Below are positions 47,920 to 57,023 of a DNA stretch of 64,000 nt, in pieces. The stretch is taken from positions 128,001-192,000 of the forward strand of contig CP147778.1 of assembly GCA_037305845.1 (NCBI GenBank), given 5' to 3'. Under the pieces are notes generated by a model. The model saw only the letters and a list, made by a program, of their open reading frames with translations, was not told where the DNA came from and searched no databases. Every line of letters begins with the position of its first letter. Positions within the stretch are counted from its first letter, which is position 1. The DNA is from Candidatus Freyarchaeum deiterrae. GTDB lineage: Archaea; Asgardarchaeota; Jordiarchaeia; Jordiarchaeales; Jordiarchaeaceae. A program made the position numbers and the translations under genes.

Positions 47920-49134
47920 TTAGTATTTGTAGAATCCTTCTTTGGAATTTTTTCCGAGCTTTCCTTCCTTCACCATCTTTCTGAGGCTGGGGTGCACGTC
48001 AAGAAGCACTTTTAGACCGTCTATCTTGCCGTACTTCTTGTTCATTTCATCGAGTTTTTGAACGACTACGTCTATGCCTAGACTGTCAGCTAGTTGGAGC
48101 ATTCCGAAGGGCAAGTTGAATCCCAGCATTACGGCTTTGTCCGCATCTTGGGGGCTGGCTACGCCGTCGGCTACTACTTGTGCTGCTCGGTTAATAGAGA
48201 TGTAGGCTATCATCATGGGATCAAATTTGTCAGCTATGTTTTGGTTCCATTCTGGTGGAATGCGCCACGTTTTATCGGGATACGTGTAGAATCCTTTGCC
48301 GGTTTTTACTCCGAGTTCTTTTTTCTTCATTTTCTCTTCTAGTATGGGTGCGACCTTGAATGGTGGTTCTTTTTCTTCGAAGGTTTTCTGAACATGGTAA
48401 CCCACGTCGACGCCTACGAAGTCCAATAGGCCGAAGCTTCCCATTGGGCTACCCTGTTTGAAGTGGCCGGCTGAGTCTATCTCTGCAGGGGTGAAGAGTT
48501 TCTCACTCACGAGCCAGGCTAGGAAGTTACTTCCCGGGTTCGTAATTCGGTTTGCGATGAATCCTGGAACGTCTTTCATGCAGTAAACGGCTTCTTTTCC
48601 AATTTTTTTCGCTAGTTGGAATGTGATTTCAGCTGTTTCCTTGCTGGTCTTGGGTTGGTATATAACTTCAACAAGTCTCATCAACTGTGGTGGGCTGAAA
48701 AAGTGCATTCCCACAACCTTGTCTGGTCTCTTGGTAACCTTAGCCATGTCTGTTACTGAAAGGGCACTGGTGTTTGTTGCCAGTATTGCTTGCTTGGGAG
48801 CTGCCGCATCTATTTCTTTGAAAGTGTCCTCCTTGAGTTTGAGAATCTCCGGGATAGCTTCTACCACAATGTCGGCTTTTTTCACTGAGGCTTTCAAGTC
48901 TGTGGTAGTAGTTATTCTTGCCAAAGCTGCGTTCATAGCATCTTGTGTTATTTTGTTCTTCTCGGCAAGCTTGCCGAGGCTCCATTTAATCTTTCCTACA
49001 CCGTCGTCTAGGAATTTCTGTTCAATGTCTCGTATGACTACATTATAACCCGCAGCGGCGAAGAGTTGGGCTATTCCGTGGCCCATTAGTCCTGCACCAA
49101 GAACTGTAACATTCTTGACATCTTCCATCTTCAT
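47920..49134 (-). CDS. 3-hydroxyacyl-CoA dehydrogenase family protein
   Basis: GAGLMGHGIA, EAIPE, TNTS, GMHFFSPP..LVE, KDVPGFIANR. Confidence 0.94.
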   Translation of the reverse strand: MKMEDVKNVTVLGAGLMGHGIAQLFAAAGYNVVIRDIEQKFLDDGVGKIKWSLGKLAEKNKITQDAMNAALARITTTTDLKASVKKADIVVEAIPEILKLKEDTFKEIDAAAPKQAILATNTSALSVTDMAKVTKRPDKVVGMHFFSPPQLMRLVEVIYQPKTSKETAEITFQLAKKIGKEAVYCMKDVPGFIANRITNPGSNFLAWLVSEKLFTPAEIDSAGHFKQGSPMGSFGLLDFVGVDVGYHVQKTFEEKEPPFKVAPILEEKMKKKELGVKTGKGFYTYPDKTWRIPPEWNQNIADKFDPMMIAYISINRAAQVVADGVASPQDADKAVMLGFNLPFGMLQLADSLGIDVVVQKLDEMNKKYGKIDGLKVLLDVHPSLRKMVKEGKLGKNSKEGFYKY

Positions 49135-49323
49135 TCTCCATCACCAAAATTCAATCTATAGTTAGTATGCGAGAATTGACGGAATCTCACATATATAGAT
49201 TTCGGAAAGAAAAACCCTGCCCAAAGCATTTCCTACATTCAAAACTTCGATAATTGTTTAATTCTGGAAGTTTCACGAGATTCATTTTTAACCTAATGGG
49301 GCAGGAACAAAAATTTAACATCT

Positions 49324-49662
49324 TTATCCCGCAGCCCTTAGAGTGTAGAGCTTGAGCCGCTTGGAAAAGTAGTCAATTATCTCATTCTCTCTCTCTGGAC
49401 TATCCGCCTTTACATCTATTTTAACGGTTGTGAAAGCAATCTTACCAAAACCCTTGGAGATAACAGGAACTTGCATCTTTTCATAAACTACCTCAGCCGT
49501 TATAACAGCGTCAGATAGCTTGGCCTCATAGTTTTTAACCAGCTTACTATCTTCAGAACCAGATTCCTTAACATCCTTAATGCTAGCACCAAGCTCGCCT
49601 AGAATCATTTCGACATACTGCCACACGCCGTAAATATAACGGTACTCTTTCTCTAGCCTCAT
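49324..49662 (-). CDS. Small AOR-associated protein (DUF1952-like)
   Basis: 112 aa, directly downstream of aor; L.ELG near the N-terminus and C-terminal LRAAG resemble DUF1952-type proteins. Confidence 0.55.
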   Translation of the reverse strand: MRLEKEYRYIYGVWQYVEMILGELGASIKDVKESGSEDSKLVKNYEAKLSDAVITAEVVYEKMQVPVISKGFGKIAFTTVKIDVKADSPERENEIIDYFSKRLKLYTLRAAG

Positions 49663-49711
49663 AAAAACACCAGAAAAAAGGTTCCATTTAAAAAAAAGGG
49701 AAAAGAGAGGT

Positions 49712-51511
49712 TTAAATTCCTAGTTCTTTTAGCTTCTTCTTCGTGGGCACGCCGTTTGCGTCCCAACCCCTGAGCTTATAGTACTTGGGCAGCATTTCTG
49801 CAAGCTTCACAACATAGCCCTTCGACGGACCTTCGGGCATCGGTTCCTTGAGAAACCTTGGTGGTAGGGTGTCGTCTTCAGATGTGAAGCCCGCCTTAAT
49901 GTTGAACAGTCTCTCAATATTCCAGATGCGGTCGCCTATCGTCATTATCTCGTCTGCAGTGAAGTCAAAACCGGTTCCCGATGCAAGTAAGGCTGCGTAT
50001 TCTGTGGCCCCGAGTGCGAAGGATGTGAACAGGCACATGCCGCTTGAGTCTATAACCGCTGTTAGGTCTTGGAAGTTTTTAACCCAGACTTCTTTTCCTT
50101 CTGTAGAGAAGCGGTCCAGTTTTTCGGGTACTCCGAGGATTTCGGGTGAAATCATGTAGCCACGAACATGGTTGCCGCCGGTATTGTTAGTAGCGTAGTG
50201 CAGTCCGTGCCCTTGAATTCCACGTACGTCATACGCTGGCGTCTCCTCGCCCTTCACGCTCATTGAAAGTTCAGGTGCACCGTATTTTTCGGCGAGTCTC
50301 AGTGAGCCCTCTGCGAGATCATTTCCGAATCCTTCTCTCTGCGCGGTTTTTTGTGTAAGTTCAACTATAGCGTCCATGTCGCCCCATTTCAGTTCTCTAC
50401 CAGCTTTATCCTTCTTGAGTTTGCCTCTTTGGTATAGCTCCATGGCGCATCCAATGGTGCTTCCCATAGATATGGTGTCAAGTCCTAGCTCATTGCACAA
50501 GTAGTTCGCCTTAGAGATGGGAGCAAGGTCATTTACTCCGCATTGTGGACCAAAGGCCCAGATGGTTTCGTACTCTGGTCCCTCTCCTGCGGATTTGTAT
50601 TTTCCGGTTTTTATGTCTGTTACTCTTCCGCAGCCGATGGGGCATGAGAAGCACGCGGATCTCTTAGTGAGAATGGTTTTCTCCATGGTTTCTCCGCTTA
50701 CTTTATCCGCATCGGGGAAGACTCCAGTTTGATAGTTTCTTGTTGGTAAAACTCCGTTCTCATTGATTATGTTAACGAGCACCGCAGTGCCATAGGTGGG
50801 TAATCCCTGTCCCGTTATTGCGTGTTCTTTGACTTTTTTAAGAGAATCATCATGCGCCTTCGTGAACGCTTCCTTGTCTGCAACCTCAACCTTCTTGGTT
50901 CCCTTTACCGCTATGGCTTTAAGGTTCTTACTACCCATAACCGCGCCCGTTCCGCCTCTTCCGGCGGCTCTGTCATTATCGTTTATCACACACGCAATTT
51001 TGACAAGCTTCTCCCCAGCGGGTCCGATGCTAGCCACCCGGTATTCTTTGCCTAATTCCTTTTTTAACGCTTCGGTGGTCTGGTGTGTATCGAGTCCCCA
51101 GAGTTTCTCGGCTGATTTTAATTCGGGGGTACCGTCAGTTATCTGTAGATACATTGGTTTTTTGGCTTTACCTTCGAAAACTATGACTTCTACTCCTGCT
51201 CTTCTGAGATAAGCGGCCCACTCTCCACCAGAGTTGGCACCAGTTATTGTTCCGGTTAGAGGTGACTTGCAGGATACTTCGTATCGCCCACCAGTCGGCG
51301 CTGCTGTTCCGCTCAATGGACCTGCGGCGAATATTAGTTTATTATCTGGACTGTAGGCGTCTATGGTGGGGTCTACCTCATCGTAGAGTATTTTTGCTGA
51401 GAGACCTCTGCCTCCGATATATTTTCTGCTCATCTCATCAGATATTGGTGATGTTTTCATATCCCCAGTTGTAAGGTTTACTCTTAACATAGTTCCCTTA
51501 TATTTAGCCAT
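49712..51511 (-). CDS. aor: Tungsten-containing aldehyde:ferredoxin oxidoreductase
   Basis: KSPLTG, GPAGEKLV, AAGRGGTGAVMGSKNLKA, CFSCPIGC, GPEYET, GLDTIS, YYKLRGWD. Confidence 0.95.
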   Translation of the reverse strand: MAKYKGTMLRVNLTTGDMKTSPISDEMSRKYIGGRGLSAKILYDEVDPTIDAYSPDNKLIFAAGPLSGTAAPTGGRYEVSCKSPLTGTITGANSGGEWAAYLRRAGVEVIVFEGKAKKPMYLQITDGTPELKSAEKLWGLDTHQTTEALKKELGKEYRVASIGPAGEKLVKIACVINDNDRAAGRGGTGAVMGSKNLKAIAVKGTKKVEVADKEAFTKAHDDSLKKVKEHAITGQGLPTYGTAVLVNIINENGVLPTRNYQTGVFPDADKVSGETMEKTILTKRSACFSCPIGCGRVTDIKTGKYKSAGEGPEYETIWAFGPQCGVNDLAPISKANYLCNELGLDTISMGSTIGCAMELYQRGKLKKDKAGRELKWGDMDAIVELTQKTAQREGFGNDLAEGSLRLAEKYGAPELSMSVKGEETPAYDVRGIQGHGLHYATNNTGGNHVRGYMISPEILGVPEKLDRFSTEGKEVWVKNFQDLTAVIDSSGMCLFTSFALGATEYAALLASGTGFDFTADEIMTIGDRIWNIERLFNIKAGFTSEDDTLPPRFLKEPMPEGPSKGYVVKLAEMLPKYYKLRGWDANGVPTKKKLKELGI

Positions 51512-51846
51512 AAAAAATCCTCCCTAATTTATAAAAAGTCTGTTTAAATACAAGTATATTTTAACTTATAAACAATCGTTATGTATAAACATACATATCG
51601 TGAACAGATGATTATCCCAAAAAAGATAGAGAAATGAATTAGGATCGCCCCAACTGAACCCTTTATCATAACACATCTGCTTTTTTTCTTTTTCTTCTTT
51701 GTTAAAGTATATTCTTTTCTGGTTTGATTTTTGTTTAAGGAGGGGCTCCTTTTTTCTTTTTAACATCGTTGATTGGTGAAGTTTTAAAACTTTACAATAG
51801 TTAATTTTATATAATGGCACTTGGTTATATCCTCCGAGTGATTATT

Positions 51847-52644
51847 ATGGAAAACAGGTTAGAATGTTTATTCTGCGGGGATACTCTATCCCCCGATGAG
51901 AAGAGTGCGTACTGCTCAAAATGCCTCTTGGGTTTAAACTTTGAACTGAAGGAAGAAGACCTAAGAAAAATTTACGAACATTTGAAGTATATATTGGACT
52001 CCTTCGGCTCAGATATCCACGCAGCATTCGTAAAGGACCCCGCAGCTCGAAGCTTGGTAGAGGTTCTAACCGCTTATCCCGGAATACAGGCCGTTCTGTT
52101 ACACCGTGTAGCACACTTCTTTTATGAAGTTGGGCTTCCTTTCGTTCCTCGATACATTTCACATATAGCAAGACAAATAACTGGCATTGAAATTCATCCC
52201 GGAGCCACAATTGGGAAAGACTTCTTTATAGATCACGGTTCCGGTACAGTAATAGGGGAAACAGCTGAAGTCGGAGATAATGTGACGATTTACCAGGGAG
52301 TAACTCTTGGAGGAACCAGCCTTTCACGAGGAAAAAGACATCCCACACTTGGAAACAACATTGTGGTCGGAGCTGGAGCTAAGGTTCTTGGGCCAATAAA
52401 AATTGGTGATAACGTGAGAATAGGAGCGAACTCCGTAGTCACAAATGATGTCCCTCCAAACTCGGTAGTGGTAGGAGTTCCGGGAAGAATTGTGTCAAGA
52501 GAAGGAAAGAAAATACCCAGAGTGGATTTGCAGCATGGCGACTTACCGGATCCAATTATTGATATGATAAAGTCCATGCAAGACAAAATTAACGAACTAG
52601 AAGATGAAGTAAGAAAGCTCAAAAAGAAAAAGGAGGAGGAATAA
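51847..52644 (+). CDS. cysE: Serine O-acetyltransferase with N-terminal CxxC..CxxC extension
   Basis: [30 protein letters not shown]...KRHPTLG, VVGVPGR. Confidence 0.93.
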   Translation: MENRLECLFCGDTLSPDEKSAYCSKCLLGLNFELKEEDLRKIYEHLKYILDSFGSDIHAAFVKDPAARSLVEVLTAYPGIQAVLLHRVAHFFYEVGLPFVPRYISHIARQITGIEIHPGATIGKDFFIDHGSGTVIGETAEVGDNVTIYQGVTLGGTSLSRGKRHPTLGNNIVVGAGAKVLGPIKIGDNVRIGANSVVTNDVPPNSVVVGVPGRIVSREGKKIPRVDLQHGDLPDPIIDMIKSMQDKINELEDEVRKLKKKKEEE

Positions 52645-52649
52645 TAAAA

Positions 52650-53603
52650 ATGGGAAGGATTTTCAACGATATTACTGAAACAATTGGAGGAACACCTCTA
52701 GTAAAGCTGAAAAGATTAACTCAGAATATCAAACCGAACATTTTGGCAAAACTGGAAAGTGCTAACCCTGGTGCTAGTGTAAAAGACCGAATTGCGATAT
52801 CTATGATTAAAGCTGCTGAGGAGAAAGGATTAATAAATTCCGAGACCGTCATAGTGGAACCCACATCGGGAAACACTGGAATAGGTCTGGCAATGGTGTG
52901 CGCCGCTCGCGGATATAAACTAGTTCTAACCATGCCCGAATCAATGTCAGTGGAGCGGAGAAAAATTCTCCAAGCCTACGGTGCCCAACTTGTTCTAACA
53001 CCAGCTGCTCAAGGAATGTCCGGAGCGATTCAAAAAGCACAAGAAATAAAGGAAAACGATGAAAAGGCATTCATTCCTCAACAGTTCGAGAACCCCGCGA
53101 ATCCTCAGATACACAGAATTACCACCGGTCAAGAAATCCTTGATGACACTGGGGGCAAGGTTGACGCCTTTGTAGCTGGAGTAGGCACCGGAGGAACAAT
53201 AACTGGTGTAGGAGAAGTCTTAAAGCAGAAAATAGGTCCGCAGGTTAAAGTGTTTGCTGTTGAGCCGGAAGATTCCCCTGTTTTATCAGGAGGAAAAAAG
53301 GGACCCCACAAAATTCAGGGTATAGGAGCAGGATTCGTCCCGCAAATTTTGAACATGAAGGTAGTGGACGAAGTGGTGAAAGTGAGTTTCAAGGATGCGG
53401 TGGAAACCTCAAGGAAACTGGCAAGACTGGAGGGAATATTTGTCGGCATCTCATCCGGAGCCGCTATGTGGGCTGCGTTAAAAATAGCTGAACGATTCAA
53501 AAAGGGCCAAAACATAGTTGTAATACTACCAGATACTGGTGAAAGATATCTCTCCACCGAATTGTGGCAGTTTGAGCCACCGGCTGAATCCGGGGCGATT
53601 TGA
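52650..53603 (+). CDS. cysK: Cysteine synthase A (O-acetylserine sulfhydrylase)
   Basis: SVKDRIA PLP lysine, [32 protein letters not shown]. Confidence 0.96.
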   Translation: MGRIFNDITETIGGTPLVKLKRLTQNIKPNILAKLESANPGASVKDRIAISMIKAAEEKGLINSETVIVEPTSGNTGIGLAMVCAARGYKLVLTMPESMSVERRKILQAYGAQLVLTPAAQGMSGAIQKAQEIKENDEKAFIPQQFENPANPQIHRITTGQEILDDTGGKVDAFVAGVGTGGTITGVGEVLKQKIGPQVKVFAVEPEDSPVLSGGKKGPHKIQGIGAGFVPQILNMKVVDEVVKVSFKDAVETSRKLARLEGIFVGISSGAAMWAALKIAERFKKGQNIVVILPDTGERYLSTELWQFEPPAESGAI

Positions 53604-53604
53604 G

Positions 53605-54030
53605 TTGAGGATATTAATGCTTCACGTGGATTACTTCAGTTCTACGGTAGCTAAAAGGGGTAGATCGAAAGTCGTCGAAACCCCTTCTTCTAAGAGTATG
53701 AAGGTAGAAGAAGCGCTCCTGGTTCTCATCAATGTTGAGAAACAGGACGAAGCCAACCCCGAGGATATATCGAGAAAAACTGTTGAGGAAGTAGCAAAGC
53801 ATGGTAATCAGCTCAAGGTGAACACGATAGTTCTCCACCCCTTTGCTCATCTGTTTGGGGAACCCAGTGAACCCGAGGTGGCTATAGAGATAATGAAGCT
53901 CATGGAGGAAGACCTTGTACAAAAAGGCTTCAGTGTTGCGAGGACTCCCTTTGGCTGGTTCAACACTTGGGAACTGAGAACGAAAGGCCATCCATTATCA
54001 AGGGTTGCAAGAAAAATTTCTGTAGACTAA
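53605..54030 (+). CDS. Free-standing archaeal threonyl-tRNA synthetase editing-domain protein
   Basis: (M)RILMLHVDYF, VEKQDE, HPFAHL, TPFGWF, KGHPLSR; TTG start 1 nt after the cysK stop. Confidence 0.85.
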   Translation: MRILMLHVDYFSSTVAKRGRSKVVETPSSKSMKVEEALLVLINVEKQDEANPEDISRKTVEEVAKHGNQLKVNTIVLHPFAHLFGEPSEPEVAIEIMKLMEEDLVQKGFSVARTPFGWFNTWELRTKGHPLSRVARKISVD

Positions 54031-54086
54031 CGCGGATATTATGATTGAGAAACCGTAAAGGTAGAAGAATGAAGCCTCAGCTTCCA

Positions 54087-54365
54087 TTAGTATTTCTCTT
54101 TTTCGTTTTCCCATGTTTTCTTTTCTTTTTCGAATTCTTTTTTCATGATTTGCCCTTTTTCTTTTTTATCGATTTTTTGTTTGGTTTTTTCTAATTGTTT
54201 CCTTAGGGGCAGATAGTATTTTCCCAACAAATCTACTATTTCTTTTTCGGGCATATCAGTCATGTTTGAAACGGTTTTAACTGATTTGAACTGTTTATAG
54301 AGTTTGTAAAGTCTTTTTGCTAGAAGCTTCTCCCTAATCTCAACTCTTTCCTTTTTAACCATCAT
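54087..54365 (-). CDS. Hypothetical basic protein, possible HTH plus coiled coil
   Basis: 92-aa Lys-rich ORF with GAGGGG SD; SVKTVSNMTDMPEKEIVDLL resembles an HTH. Confidence 0.55.
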   Translation of the reverse strand: MMVKKERVEIREKLLAKRLYKLYKQFKSVKTVSNMTDMPEKEIVDLLGKYYLPLRKQLEKTKQKIDKKEKGQIMKKEFEKEKKTWENEKEKY

Positions 54366-54467
54366 TCTTTAACCCCTCTTAAATGCCTTCTAAGTAAATT
54401 TTCTTGCTCCCTATATGGAGGTATTTACTTCAGTATAAATATTAGTATCGGAAATTTAGAAATAGCT

Positions 54468-55877
54468 TTACTTCGTTTTTTGGTTCACTTTGAGAGTCTC
54501 TTTTTGTTTTTTCTTGCCCTTTTGCGTCTTCTGTTTTTCCGTTTTCTTTCTTGTCCTTGTCACCAGAAATACTAGTGCGATTATCGGAGGTATGAATGTT
54601 GCTCCTGTGATGAATACCGCGTTTAGACCTATTGAAAGGTACAAAGGTGTGTAAACTGTTGGTGCTGCTGCGTAGCCTAGGAATCTCATCCCATTGAAAA
54701 TCGATGAGGATGTGCCTCTTCTTTCTGGGGGCACAAAGTCTACTGTTAGAGACAGAAGCGAGGGCCACACTAAAGAAATTCCACTTACCAGGAGCATCAT
54801 AAAAACTAGAAAGTTTATAAAAATCCCACTATAAATCAACTTGAAAAGAGTCTGAATGATTATTCCGCCATAAATCGATCCGAAAAGGGTCTGAATAAAC
54901 TGAAGATTCAGAAAATTCTCACCAGTTATCGACACACCCTGACTCACAATGGTTAAAGCATTTGGTATGTATCCGAGAGGGAAGGCTGGCCCAGAGTAAG
55001 TTGTTACACGGGCTAAGGCGATTAGGGAACACCCGACAATTATAAAACCTGTAATTGGAATCTTTCGTTTTCCGAGCCTTCCAGTTAGAATACCCGCTAG
55101 GGATGAAACAAAAACACCCACAAAACCACTTGTTGAGAGAATTATCCCTATCGTGTTCGGATCCAAGTAGTAGGGAAAGACAGAAAGCCCGTTTGAGGAT
55201 ATGGACAAAACTGCTATGTAGGAGAAGAAAGTAAAGAATCCGATAACACCCAGAGTGAGAACACTCCTGTACCTTAAAGTATCTCTGAGAGCCTCGACAA
55301 CTTCACCTGCGCTTCCACCCTCCTTAACAGGGATTCCTCTCAGACTAAACAAGGAGTATACGAATAAGCTCGACGAAAAAACCGCCAATGCCAAAAAGAG
55401 GAGACGCCACTGATTAGCCATGAGACCTCCTATTAAAGGTCCCAGAGCTATACCAGCATTGATAGCTGCGCCATAATAACCCATATACTTACTCCTATTG
55501 GAGAAGTCTGTTAAATCCCCAATCAACGCTACCAAAACCGGACCTGCAAGCGCCATTCCAATTCCCTGTAAAACTCTAGTTGCTATGAAAAACCAAATAC
55601 TTGTGGAAAAAGGTGTGAGGGCTAAGCCAGCTATCATGATTAATATGCCGCCCGTTATGAGTTTTCTTCTCCCATAAACATCCGATATGCCTCCTGAGAA
55701 GAACTGCCCTATAGCGTATGGAATCTGAAAAAGAGTAAACGAGAGCAAAACCAGAGAAACGTTAGTAGTAAAATCATTCTCTAAATTCGTGATCATAGGC
55801 AAAATTAGGTTTCCAGTGAAGGGAGCAATTGCACCAGCGAGATAGATAAAAATGAACCTATGATCGATTTTAGGCAT
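54468..55877 (-). CDS. MFS transporter (DHA-like)
   Basis: GGISDVYGRRK motif A, RVLQGIG, GIALGPLIGG motif C, GRLGKRK. Confidence 0.92.
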   Translation of the reverse strand: MPKIDHRFIFIYLAGAIAPFTGNLILPMITNLENDFTTNVSLVLLSFTLFQIPYAIGQFFSGGISDVYGRRKLITGGILIMIAGLALTPFSTSIWFFIATRVLQGIGMALAGPVLVALIGDLTDFSNRSKYMGYYGAAINAGIALGPLIGGLMANQWRLLFLALAVFSSSLFVYSLFSLRGIPVKEGGSAGEVVEALRDTLRYRSVLTLGVIGFFTFFSYIAVLSISSNGLSVFPYYLDPNTIGIILSTSGFVGVFVSSLAGILTGRLGKRKIPITGFIIVGCSLIALARVTTYSGPAFPLGYIPNALTIVSQGVSITGENFLNLQFIQTLFGSIYGGIIIQTLFKLIYSGIFINFLVFMMLLVSGISLVWPSLLSLTVDFVPPERRGTSSSIFNGMRFLGYAAAPTVYTPLYLSIGLNAVFITGATFIPPIIALVFLVTRTRKKTEKQKTQKGKKKQKETLKVNQKTK

Positions 55878-56122
55878 CTCAAAAAGCCACCTTCAGATAG
55901 AAAGTATACCTAAGACTAGAGGTATTATCTTTAAAAATTTTGTTCAATTAGTAATCTAACCAAATTTTCAGCTCAAAAAAGAAATTTCTGTTTTGTTTAG
56001 CCTACGATTCTTAATTCTTTCCTTTTGTTCTTTCACGTCACTCCTAAACATATATACTAAAATAATCTTTATTTATTCGAAAAATCCAAAAGTCAGAGAG
56101 ACAGGGTAAGGAGATAAAAATC

Positions 56123-56974
56123 ATGACGGAAGTAGATTATGGAAAATATAAAAGTGTAATATGTGAAAAGGACGACCACATCTTAACAATCACCATTAAC
56201 AGACCCAAGGTGTTGAACTGCATAGACCCAGAAACCAATCTGGAACTGGCGGACGTCTGGAAAAAATTCCACCTAGACGACGATGCTTATGTGGCGATAA
56301 TAACCGGAGCCGGAAATAAAGCATTCTGCACCGGAGCCGATCTCAAAAACTGGCACCCATACGTGAGAGAACAGAAGGTTAACTATCCTAGAAAAAACGC
56401 TTATCAGGGACCAGGCTTCGGGGGCTATACGAGAGGTATGCAAATCTTTAAACCTATCATAGCTGCGATAAACGGTATGTGCTACGCTGGAGGACTTGAA
56501 GTGGCTCTCGCGGCGGATATGAGGATTTGCTCAGAAGAGGCAAAATTCGGAGTTCTGAACCGAAGATGGAACGTGGGACTGGGAGACGGCGGAACCCAGA
56601 GGCTTTGGAGAGTTGTGGGTCTGGGAAGGGCTTTCGAATTAATTTTAACGGGAAAGGAAATCGATGCAAACGAAGCTTATAGAATTGGTCTGGTTAACGA
56701 GATTGTTCCCAAAGAGAAGGTTTTAGAACGAGCGAAAGAAATAGCCCGAATAATCTGTTCCCACCCCCAAGGCTCAATTAGAACAGACAAGGAAGCAGTA
56801 ATAAGAGGTATCGGAACTCCCCTTGAAGAGGGGCTGAGGATTGAGAGCATGCTGTTCTGGAATCTCTTACTAAACCAAGACTTCTATGAAGGCCCAGAAG
56901 CCTTTAGTGAAAAAAGAAAACCCAAATTTACCAATGAGAGCGAGAAAATAAAAGATGTTCTGAAACATGAGTGA
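56123..56974 (+). CDS. Enoyl-CoA hydratase/isomerase family protein
   Basis: INRPKVLN, AFCTGADL, KPIIAAING, GGLE, DGGTQRL, EKRKPKF. Confidence 0.93.
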   Translation: MTEVDYGKYKSVICEKDDHILTITINRPKVLNCIDPETNLELADVWKKFHLDDDAYVAIITGAGNKAFCTGADLKNWHPYVREQKVNYPRKNAYQGPGFGGYTRGMQIFKPIIAAINGMCYAGGLEVALAADMRICSEEAKFGVLNRRWNVGLGDGGTQRLWRVVGLGRAFELILTGKEIDANEAYRIGLVNEIVPKEKVLERAKEIARIICSHPQGSIRTDKEAVIRGIGTPLEEGLRIESMLFWNLLLNQDFYEGPEAFSEKRKPKFTNESEKIKDVLKHE

Positions 56975-57023
56975 AAAAATCGGGAAACAAGACAGTAGTA
57001 CTAAGAAAAAAATAAGTTTAAAA

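Noticed and set aside
53539-53604. N-terminal extension of the ThrRS-editing ORF
   Set aside because: Overlaps cysK; family similarity begins at TTG 53605
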